Part shown: one piece after another, positions 18,901 to 26,111 of the stretch
Position numbering within the stretch: position 1 is the stretch's first letter
Layout of the letters: the number at the start of each line of letters is the position of its first letter
From: an uncultured bacterium
Lineage (GTDB): Bacteria; CSSED10-310; CAZUFC01
NCBI GenBank assembly: GCA_964619725.1
Contig: CAZUFC010000110.1
Coordinates: 1 to 26,111, forward strand
Reading direction: 5' to 3'
Length of the DNA stretch: 26,111 bases
Made by a program: the position numbers and the translations under genes
The notes under the pieces: generated by a model
What the model saw: only the letters and a program-made list of their open reading frames with translations
Told to the model about the DNA's origin: nothing
Databases searched by the model: none

Positions 18901-19605
18901 ATGAACCTGGAAACAATCACTCATAACATGGTCGAAGAACTGGATAATCTGACATTTCATTCCCCTGTCGAATATGTCTACAATCCGTTGAAGTACGCCG
19001 GCGATAATTACAGGGAATATCTCAATCGATACGGCGATCCTCCCAAAAAAGCCGTTATGCTCGGCATGAATCCGGGCCCCTGGGGTATGGCGCAGACAGG
19101 GGTGCCTTTCGGTGAGGTAAACTTCATCAAAAATTGGTTGAAAATAGTCAACACCGTCGGAAAACCTCAAAGAGAACATGAAAAAAGACCCGTTACCGGA
19201 TTAAAATGTCACAGGAGCGAAAAAAGCGGACTCAGACTATGGAACTGGGCCAAAGCGCGATATGGTTCCCCGGAAAAATTTTTCCATCTTTTTTTTATCG
19301 CCAATTATTGTCCTCTGGCTTTTTTCGATCAGGACGGCAGGAACCTGACCCCGGATAAACTCAGAAAAAAACAACGAGAGCCATTATTCCGGGTTTGCGA
19401 TGAGGCATTGCGCCGGACCATCGAATACCTGGACGCCGAATGCCTTATCGGCATTGGAAAATTTGCTTATGAAAGAGCCGAAGAAGCTCTTTCAGGCTTT
19501 AAGATCAAAATGAGCCGGGTAATGCATCCCAGCCCGGCCAATCCTCAAGCGAACAAAGGATGGGGAAAATTCATGGATAAGGAAGTGAAAAAAGCCGGTC
19601 TTTAA
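18901..19605 (+). CDS. smug1: Single-strand-selective monofunctional uracil-DNA glycosylase (UDG family 3, SMUG1-like)
   Basis: YVYNPL, GMNPGPWGMAQTGVPFGEV, SEKSGLRLW, NYCPL, HPSPANP. Confidence 0.95.
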   Translation: MNLETITHNMVEELDNLTFHSPVEYVYNPLKYAGDNYREYLNRYGDPPKKAVMLGMNPGPWGMAQTGVPFGEVNFIKNWLKIVNTVGKPQREHEKRPVTGLKCHRSEKSGLRLWNWAKARYGSPEKFFHLFFIANYCPLAFFDQDGRNLTPDKLRKKQREPLFRVCDEALRRTIEYLDAECLIGIGKFAYERAEEALSGFKIKMSRVMHPSPANPQANKGWGKFMDKEVKKAGL

Positions 19606-19623
19606 GGCGGCAACATCGTCATT

Positions 19624-19643
19624 CCCTGCTTTTAAAACCAGGG
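19624..19643. other. 20-bp imperfect palindrome just downstream of the SMUG1 gene (possible hairpin or operator)
   Basis: CCCTGCTTTTAAAACCAGGG has one mismatched pair; no U-tract follows. Confidence 0.3.
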
Positions 19644-19838
19644 GACTGATCAAATGGGGATTGCAATTTCCACAAATCTCCGCTTTCTTATCCTTGTTGA
19701 TCTGCGGTCATCGAAAGTCTTACCATCGTTTGCAAAATGCTGCATATTTGACGGATCGTAAAACAAGAATTGATTAACGCAGCGATTTCTGTTAAAAGAA
19801 AAAACGATTTTCACCTTCAGCAACCAGGAGGAGACAAA

Positions 19839-20657
19839 ATGTTTCGTCTTTTATTGTTGTTAATAACCATCTTCGCCTTGTCGGGCGGAACTTTACCGGT
19901 TTATGCCGAAACGGAAAAAGCTGAGAAGAAGCCGGAAGAAGCCGCGGCATCCAGCGATAACTTTCAGGCCGAACCACAAGATGAAAAGAGCGAAAAACAG
20001 AGGAAATTCGAAGAAATCAAAAAGCATGTGGATGGAGGATTCAGGGCATACCAGACCAGGGATTATGAAACAGCCGTTCAGGAATGGAAAAAAGCCCTGG
20101 AAATCAATCCGGACCTGGTGTACCTTTATTCCAATATCGGCATGGCCTATCATTTTCTCGGCAAAGATGAAGAAACGCTGGATTACTGGCTGAAGTATGC
20201 GGAATTGCGCCCCAAAGATGCTCACATTTACAATAATCTGGGCAATTTCTACAAAGATAAAGAAGAATATCAGAAGGCGCTGGAATATTTCCAAAAAGCG
20301 GCCGAACTGGTCCCCACTTATCATATGCCTCATTACAATTCAGGATTGACCTATCTTCAATTAAAAGAATACTCCAAGGCGATAGAATCGTTTAATAAGG
20401 CCTACGAGTCCAATCCCCAGGAAAAAAGGGTATTTCGATATTTATGCGAAGCTTACAGAATGAAAGGCGAACCTGAAAAAGCCCTGGAATATTGCGAAAA
20501 AGCGCTTACCGTAAAGGAAAATCTTTCTGAAAACCGGTATGAGTATCTCCTGACGCTTATTGTTCTCGATAAAAACAAAGAAGCCCTCGAAATGGTGAAG
20601 AGACTGATGGAAGAGGACCCGGACTTCTTGTTGAAAATTATTTCCGGGACTGATTAA
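19839..20657 (+). CDS. Exported tetratricopeptide repeat (TPR) protein
   Basis: AGGAGG RBS before ATG 19839 (the ORF track starts at 19770). Signal peptide ending VYA. Five to six TPR motifs (ALEINP, YSNIGMAY, YNNLGNFY, HYNSGLTY). Confidence 0.88.
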   Translation: MFRLLLLLITIFALSGGTLPVYAETEKAEKKPEEAAASSDNFQAEPQDEKSEKQRKFEEIKKHVDGGFRAYQTRDYETAVQEWKKALEINPDLVYLYSNIGMAYHFLGKDEETLDYWLKYAELRPKDAHIYNNLGNFYKDKEEYQKALEYFQKAAELVPTYHMPHYNSGLTYLQLKEYSKAIESFNKAYESNPQEKRVFRYLCEAYRMKGEPEKALEYCEKALTVKENLSENRYEYLLTLIVLDKNKEALEMVKRLMEEDPDFLLKIISGTD

Positions 20658-20786
20658 CCCCTTTGCAAAGAGGTATTCAACGCAACAGAAAAAAATGCAG
20701 AAATCACGGAAACAGCAAGATTTGAGGTCTACAACATTCAGATTCTGCTGATTCGTCGATAAGATTTTTTTTATATCAAACCGGCA

Positions 20787-21236
20787 TTAAGCGCCGAAAA
20801 AATTGATCGGTTTTTCGAAATCGAGCGAGTGTTCGTTGGCGTGTTCTCCATAGGAGCCGATCAGTTTTTTTTCGGTCATGCTGACGAGAAAGGTGGAACG
20901 GCGACCGAATACTTTATTGAATACGACAGCGTATTCATGGCCTTCTGAATCGATCATTTTAATTTCCGCCAAGTTGTCGTCATAGTCAGCCGTAAAATTC
21001 CTTTTACAAGCGCCGTTAATGCATTCGAATTCGACTTTAGCGCCTTCTTGCATCCTGACTCCCTCGCCAACGATAGCGCCGTATTGACCGAGTTTAGCCG
21101 GAATGTAAAGCATGGTTTTACAACTGAATTTCGGTCCGAACAAACGACCGGTCATTTTGATGATCGTGCCGTTCAAAAATGATAGTTTCTGTCCGCAGTG
21201 CGGGCAAAAAAAGGTTAATTTTCCATTGGGTTCCAT
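20787..21236 (-). CDS. Hypothetical protein with two Cys pairs (CPHC and CINGAC), possibly metal binding
   Basis: GGAGG RBS 7-8 nt before ATG 21236 on the minus strand (the ORF track starts at TTG 21251); globular composition. Confidence 0.7.
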   Translation of the reverse strand: MEPNGKLTFFCPHCGQKLSFLNGTIIKMTGRLFGPKFSCKTMLYIPAKLGQYGAIVGEGVRMQEGAKVEFECINGACKRNFTADYDDNLAEIKMIDSEGHEYAVVFNKVFGRRSTFLVSMTEKKLIGSYGEHANEHSLDFEKPINFFGA

Positions 21237-21379
21237 GTTAGCAGCCTCCAATTGCGCAATCCAAGATTCACCCTGCTTTATTTTTGCTCATCCGGTCAAT
21301 CAAGTCAAGCTCCTTTGCGCCATACTCAAACTCCTCCTGAAAGGTCCGATAAAATGAGTTTATAGCCGGGGAACAATTA

Positions 21380-21388
21380 TGATAGAAT
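21380..21388 (+). promoter_or_regulatory. Putative extended -10 promoter (TG-a-TAGAAT) for the MEMO1-family gene
   Basis: tgatagaat ~30 nt upstream of ATG 21420, in a divergent intergenic region. Confidence 0.4.
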
Positions 21389-21419
21389 AGAAGCGGCTGA
21401 TAGTTGATTATCACGAAAC

Positions 21420-22520
21420 ATGAAGGGGGCAAAAATGACAGGGAATGACATACAACGGAAAAGACTTTTGGAAGGAGTCGGCATCAAGCCGACGAAGGAT
21501 GTCAGAGGCCAGATGGATGTGGTGGGATATGCCGTGGATTCGGACCAGATGGACTCAGTAGTCGCTCAATGTGAAAAATTATCGGTTCCCAGACGAGAAT
21601 ATCTCTCCGACATCAAAAATTGGCATCAAAAAGATCAATGCATCGCCGGCGTATGTCCTCATGATGATTATTACTATGCGGGAAGGCATTACTCGCTTTT
21701 AATGCCTCATATACAATCCCGGACGGTCATTCTGACGGGGGTTGCTCATAAGGGCCGGTATTTCGATTGCGAGAACCGGCTGGTTTTTGATGATTTTAAG
21801 GCCTGGCGAAGCCCGTACGGTTCGATAAAAATTTCTCCCTTGCGCGAAACAATCATTAAAAACCTTAAAGATGAAGAATACATGATCAGCAACGACATGC
21901 ATCAAGTCGAGCATTCCCTGGAAGCGATAGCGTATTTTCTGCAGGCCTATAACAGAGACGTCGAAATAATTCCTGTGATCATACCCAATATGGAATGGTC
22001 TGCAATGAATCGACTGTCCGGGAGACTTTCGAATATCCTGACCGAGATCATGAATGAAAAAAAATGGAAAGCCGGTTCAGACATCAGCCTGATCTGTTCG
22101 AATGATTCGGTTCATTACGGCGATTCGGGATGGGGAAAAAATTTTTATGCTCCCTTCGGCACGGATGTCGCCGGATATCAGATGGCCGTGAAGCAGGATC
22201 GGGACCTGGCCGAGCGGTTTCTGAGCGGCAAAGTGAACGACGATAAGTTGAAGGCATTCCTGTATAAATGTACTGACCCGGACGACATGTATAAATACCG
22301 GATAACCTGGTGCGGAAGATTTGCCGTGACTTTCGGGCTTATGACAGCCTCCAGGTTATGCCGGTTAATGGAATCGCGACCCCTTTTCGGCGTACTGCTG
22401 GATTACGGGACCAGCGTCAGCGAAGAATCGCCGGATTTTTCAGGATTGAAAAGTCTGGGTCCGACCGCTCCCAATAATTTTCATCACTTCGTCGGTTACG
22501 CCGCCATCGGATACCTTTAA
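21420..22520 (+). CDS. amrB: MEMO1 family protein (AmmeMemoRadiSam system protein B-like)
   Basis: CPHDDYYYAG, GVAH, EHSLE, SNDSVHYG, TWCGRF, VGYAAIGY. Start may be ATG 21435. Confidence 0.85.
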   Translation: MKGAKMTGNDIQRKRLLEGVGIKPTKDVRGQMDVVGYAVDSDQMDSVVAQCEKLSVPRREYLSDIKNWHQKDQCIAGVCPHDDYYYAGRHYSLLMPHIQSRTVILTGVAHKGRYFDCENRLVFDDFKAWRSPYGSIKISPLRETIIKNLKDEEYMISNDMHQVEHSLEAIAYFLQAYNRDVEIIPVIIPNMEWSAMNRLSGRLSNILTEIMNEKKWKAGSDISLICSNDSVHYGDSGWGKNFYAPFGTDVAGYQMAVKQDRDLAERFLSGKVNDDKLKAFLYKCTDPDDMYKYRITWCGRFAVTFGLMTASRLCRLMESRPLFGVLLDYGTSVSEESPDFSGLKSLGPTAPNNFHHFVGYAAIGYL

Positions 22521-22640
22521 AACGAAAGGCCGGCGCTGAAATCAGAATAAAGTTTATGGACAGACGCTATTTATTTTCGGCTTTATTTCAGCTATGATTC
22601 CTTTGATGACTTTTTTCGTCCTGTTATCGGAGGCTACCGT

Positions 22641-22829
22641 ATGGCGATCGTCAAAACAGTTAAAATTATCGATATGAAAAGTCAAACCAGTGATTACAAT
22701 TTCTGGAAAACTAAATCCTTTCAGGAGCGACTGGATGCTCTTGAACAGATAAGAAAAGAATACCATCAATGGAAGCATAATGCTCAACCCGGACTTCAAA
22801 GAGTTTATTCAATCATTGAACGACAATGA
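22641..22829 (+). CDS. Small conserved-type protein preceding a nucleotidyltransferase (putative toxin-antitoxin-like pair partner)
   Basis: GGAGG RBS. D..FW......ERL.ALE..R...LQRV pattern. Overlaps the downstream gene by 50 nt. Confidence 0.65.
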   Translation: MAIVKTVKIIDMKSQTSDYNFWKTKSFQERLDALEQIRKEYHQWKHNAQPGLQRVYSIIERQ

Positions 22830-23016
22830 TGTGCGATATCTTATCGTGGGCGGATACGCCGTGGCGTTTCATGGGTATCCGCGATATACGAAAGATATTG
22901 ATATCTGGATTGATGACATAGAAGTAAACGTTATAGATATAGAAAATCTGAAAAAAAGTAAACTGGCCGCAGGGCGTACGCAAGACCTGGCTGATGTTGA
23001 AAATTCAAGCGGATGA
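22780..23016 (+). pseudogene. Nucleotidyltransferase (DUF6036-like) with an apparent in-frame internal deletion
   Basis: N-terminal VRYLIVGGYAVAFHGYPRYTKDIDIWI is joined directly to C-terminal IDIENLKKSKLAAGRTQDLADVE; only 78 aa. Confidence 0.7.
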
Positions 23017-23115
23017 TTTATTATGCCTGACAGGCCCTAGCATTTTTTTTCAGCGCATTGGCGGCATTAAGGTTTGAATTGTGAATCGAATTTATGGACA
23101 GGCGCTATTTCAATT

Positions 23116-24018
23116 TCATTCATTCTGGAGCGGTTGAAGCAGATTAATCTGTTCGGGATCATGGTTTTTAAACCGTTTTTCAGCAGCATCCAGGTTCATG
23201 TTCGCATAACAGTAAATGCAGCCTCCGGGACAGGTATCATAAGCCCCGATATCCCGGCTTGCATAGCATCCGCATTGTTTTCTGGTAGGCCTGGAAGGGA
23301 TGCCGGCATTTAGATCGGGTCGAAGTTTTTTTACGATATCCCTGTCCAGGCAATGCGCTTTTTGAACTTCGCGGACGGCTTCAACCAGGGTATCGTCGCA
23401 GCAGGAATACAAGGTGATACGGCGATTTGTCGCTATCTGTGACATTTTCTGCAGAAGCGATATTTTATTTTCCTGCGCAGGTTGTTCAAAGGTGATACCG
23501 TTCTGTTTTTCTGCAATCGCCAGATTTCTTTGTACTTTTCCGTACCAGGCAGCGAAGCTGAAATAACAGCGAAAGGTATATCCTTCAAGCATTTCCGACA
23601 GTTCGTCAAATTTTTCAAGATAATAAGATTCTCTGTACTCATCCCAAAAATTGATGGGATCGAATCTCCAACAGGTAAATTCAGGGCCGTAACTTTCGGC
23701 GATACTCCGGAAGGCTGCGATGCGTGATTTCAATGAGGGCATCCTTTTTTCCAGGATATCCGGATGGTCTGTAATGGTGAAATGGCAGTAGAACCGATAA
23801 TTTAAAGCTTTAAGTTTTTTCATAAAGGGCAGAAAGGGCTGAAAATTTTTCGACCAGAAAAGGAAGCATATCACATCCTCCTGTTTGAGTGATATGCGAT
23901 AAACCTGTCCTCCAAAGGGATTGGTATATTCCACCTCACCCTGCTCTATTCTTTTCATAAACCATTTGCCGTAAAACGCTGGAATATCGGTTCTCCGGCT
24001 GACGGAAATGACGTTCAT
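23116..24018 (-). CDS. DUF1848 domain-containing protein (Fe-S / radical-SAM-like)
   Basis: ISVSRRTDIPAFY, FWSKN, WRFDPI, and C-terminal CGC..SRDIGAYDTCPGGCIYCYAN. Confidence 0.92.
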   Translation of the reverse strand: MNVISVSRRTDIPAFYGKWFMKRIEQGEVEYTNPFGGQVYRISLKQEDVICFLFWSKNFQPFLPFMKKLKALNYRFYCHFTITDHPDILEKRMPSLKSRIAAFRSIAESYGPEFTCWRFDPINFWDEYRESYYLEKFDELSEMLEGYTFRCYFSFAAWYGKVQRNLAIAEKQNGITFEQPAQENKISLLQKMSQIATNRRITLYSCCDDTLVEAVREVQKAHCLDRDIVKKLRPDLNAGIPSRPTRKQCGCYASRDIGAYDTCPGGCIYCYANMNLDAAEKRFKNHDPEQINLLQPLQNE

Positions 24019-24075
24019 ATAAAAGACCTCAAAAACGCATGATAACTTCAGTAATTTTCAAAAAGCGGCTGTCGG

Positions 24076-25692
24076 CTAATAGAAACCGAACCCTTCATCA
24101 TCATAATCAGCAAAAAGCGCGTACGTGCCGGGAAAAGTCAATGCTCCATAGAACCGCAAATTGACGGCTGGTTCGTAATTTCCTGCGGGCCATACGAATG
24201 AGAGGATATTTTTCGTGTTGAGGCCGTCATTAAGAAAAACATTCAGATAATCGGCATCCGTTTTCCAATCCGGATAGAAATAATATTGGCCGAAGGCTTC
24301 AAGAATGATCCACTCGTTCAGGAAAACGGAGCGGGAAGAATAGGCGGTTCGCATCAGGAGAAAGCGGTCGCCTGCAGTGTATTGAGATTTATTCAAGTTG
24401 AGATCGTAATAAGGCTCATTCGGCGGCGTTGACGTGGGTGAGGGCGTGCGAGTTGCCGTGGGGTAAGGAGTTGTCGTCGGGGGAGGTTGTGTGAAATAGG
24501 TTTCCAGGAGGTCCCATAGGTCAGGGTAATCGCCGTCGTAACCCAGGGCCCAGATGCCTATGCCGGCCAGGTCACGATCGAGCACAAAATCATATTTTAA
24601 TCCGAGGCTCACAGTATCGTCGTACCATACCTGTCGGTCTCCGGAGTAGTGATACCACGGGCATTGCGAATGGGGGTCCCAATATTTCGTATAAGCCTCA
24701 TGATTGGTTCTTATGTAGGAATAAGTGCGTGCTACGGCTGTTCCGGGACCGTCCTGAGCCGGTATGATCGAAGGATCGCCTATGACGTCCCAGTCTCTTC
24801 CGTAATATGGCAGCGCTATGGCCAGTCGGTCCGGCGTAGTCCCGTAACCGGGGTCCAGATAATCATCCACCGTGGCCGTGATGCAGATATTTCCCCAGAT
24901 ATCGCCTACGGTAAGCGGCGATACGGGCCCGGGAGCGCCTCCCGACCAGTGGTACCCGTAACACATCGGCAGCAGAATATCGCATACAACGCCCAGTTCA
25001 TCGTAATCGAAGCAACCCGTCCAGTCCACGGACGGAGTGGCCATGGACAGGTGCAGCCCGGGCTCAGCAGCATCCATGGCGGCCCGCAGTTCCTGCATGA
25101 ATAAAATCAAATTCTCCTTATGAAGGTTCGATCCTTCGAAATCAATATTTATCCCGGAGGCATTTCCGGCAAACATCATATCCAGAAGGTTATTGATGAG
25201 GTTCTGTCGGCGGCCTTGATTGCCGATCAAAGTATTGATGGCGCTGGAATCGAATAGGGTGCAGGTTACCGTGACCGCCACATCGTGATCCTGTGCGCTT
25301 TGAATCAGACCCTGCCAGGAGCCGGGCCATCCGTTCACATCGGTCAAATCGCCTGAAGCGTTCGTTTCCAGGCTGAAAAACGAAATATGCGAAAGACATT
25401 CCCAGCGGAATCCCACGTAACTCTCCTGCTGCCAATAAGGATACCAGCCGTAAACGGTTCTTGAGGTTCGGGAGGCCGATCCGGGAGCGCTTTTTCGACT
25501 GTGGAAGCCGGCACTGCTGCCCATGAACTCGTGTTCCCTCCACTGCTCGAAATGAATGCTCCTGTAACTCTCTTTATTTAAATATGATCTTTGTCCGCTC
25601 CAGTCGCCGCCGAATGCCGGAGAATTCAAGCAAACAACCACAAGAAAGGCTCCGAAAGCCTGAAACCTTTTCATACCTTTTTTTGTTTTCAT
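24076..25692 (-). CDS. Secreted glycoside hydrolase family 18 (chitinase/chitobiase-like) with PT linker and shared C-terminal domain
   Basis: GGAG RBS; signal peptide. VYGWYPYW, GINIDFE catalytic motif, ALPYYG, QVWYDD..SL..KY, GIGIWALGYD. C-terminal domain 24076-24414. Confidence 0.9.
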   Translation of the reverse strand: MKTKKGMKRFQAFGAFLVVVCLNSPAFGGDWSGQRSYLNKESYRSIHFEQWREHEFMGSSAGFHSRKSAPGSASRTSRTVYGWYPYWQQESYVGFRWECLSHISFFSLETNASGDLTDVNGWPGSWQGLIQSAQDHDVAVTVTCTLFDSSAINTLIGNQGRRQNLINNLLDMMFAGNASGINIDFEGSNLHKENLILFMQELRAAMDAAEPGLHLSMATPSVDWTGCFDYDELGVVCDILLPMCYGYHWSGGAPGPVSPLTVGDIWGNICITATVDDYLDPGYGTTPDRLAIALPYYGRDWDVIGDPSIIPAQDGPGTAVARTYSYIRTNHEAYTKYWDPHSQCPWYHYSGDRQVWYDDTVSLGLKYDFVLDRDLAGIGIWALGYDGDYPDLWDLLETYFTQPPPTTTPYPTATRTPSPTSTPPNEPYYDLNLNKSQYTAGDRFLLMRTAYSSRSVFLNEWIILEAFGQYYFYPDWKTDADYLNVFLNDGLNTKNILSFVWPAGNYEPAVNLRFYGALTFPGTYALFADYDDEGFGFY

Positions 25693-25850
25693 TGCGGCAT
25701 CTCCTGTTTCACCATTTCGTTATGCTATCATCCGTAAAAAAATCATTCAAGCGACGCTTTCAACTGATCACGGTATCGTAAAAGTAATTAGCATTTTTTG
25801 GGACTGATCAAGCCGGGGTTAAAAATCTTTCAAAACTTTTGACAATTTGT

Positions 25851-26012
25851 GTCGACATCGCAATCGATATCGGGGTCGGGGTTGCAATCGGTATCGGTAT
25901 CGGAGTCGGGGTCGGAGTCGCAATCGGTATCGGTATCGGGGTCGGGGTCGGATTCGGTATCGAAATCGGTATCGGTATAGGCATCGGTATCGCAATCGTG
26001 ATCGAAATCGAA
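25851..26012. repeat. Degenerate hexanucleotide tandem array, 27 units, consensus RTCGNN
   Basis: gtcgac atcgca atcgat atcggg gtcggg ... atcgaa atcgaa. 25 of 27 units keep the TCG core. Higher-order 36-bp duplication at 25881-25916 and 25917-25952. Confidence 0.95.
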
Positions 26013-26111
26013 ACAAAATGAAAGACGATTCTGTCGCATTGTAACCTCAAAAGAGGCTTTTTTGATCAATGCCTGAAAATTCAAATTTCCGCTGTCGCCG
26101 GTCTGCATCTG

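Noticed and set aside
18028-19179. Long Val/Gly-rich antisense ORFs (also 1027-1209 and 12141-12551)
   Set aside because: These are shadows of Pro/Thr linker codons on the opposite strand.
19770-19838. N-terminal 23-aa extension of the TPR protein
   Set aside because: A strong AGGAGG RBS and a signal peptide favour ATG 19839.
3499-24018. A nucleobase-damage or repair cluster (DUF523, SMUG1, DUF1848)
   Set aside because: The genes are many kb apart, in different transcription units, with unrelated genes between them.
627-24414. Calling the shared tail a T9SS CTD, dockerin or autotransporter barrel
   Set aside because: It lacks the YPNP...G.Y T9SS pattern and the duplicated dockerin Ca-loop, and at ~115 aa it is too short for a monomeric autotransporter barrel.
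25808-26050. PTPIP, RYRYR and IGIGV ORFs over the hexamer array
   Set aside because: They are open only because the repeat lacks stop codons, and have no supporting RBS or domain.

Overview
A 26-kb bacterial chromosomal window with no rRNA, tRNA, CRISPR array, transposase or phage genes that I can recognise. It is dominated by five large, acidic, signal-peptide-bearing modular proteins: an Asp-box beta-propeller protein, a six-repeat carboxypeptidase-regulatory-like protein, a 1229-aa propeller/PKD protein, a DUF2341-LamG protein and a GH18 hydrolase. These are mixed with small enzymes and accessory genes (DUF523/TudS-like, DUF4388-FHA, a degenerate M29 aminopeptidase, an exported class II glutamine amidotransferase-like Ntn hydrolase, an M48/Ste24 protease, a BioY-like protein, a SMUG1 glycosylase, a TPR protein, MEMO1/AmrB, an internally deleted nucleotidyltransferase and DUF1848). 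The strongest signal is that three unrelated exported proteins end in the same ~112-123-aa C-terminal domain, placed after a Pro/Thr linker, which I cannot assign to a named family. This is the architecture expected of a lineage-specific sorting, secretion or surface-docking system. A fourth protein carries a different tandem module after its linker and a fifth carries an IPTL-CTERM-like tail. Non-coding features include a 353-bp-period duplication built from alternating 29-bp inverted repeats (1-623), a 7-mer repeat and a 27-unit RTCGNN hexamer array. All family calls come from motif recognition by eye; no database search was run.
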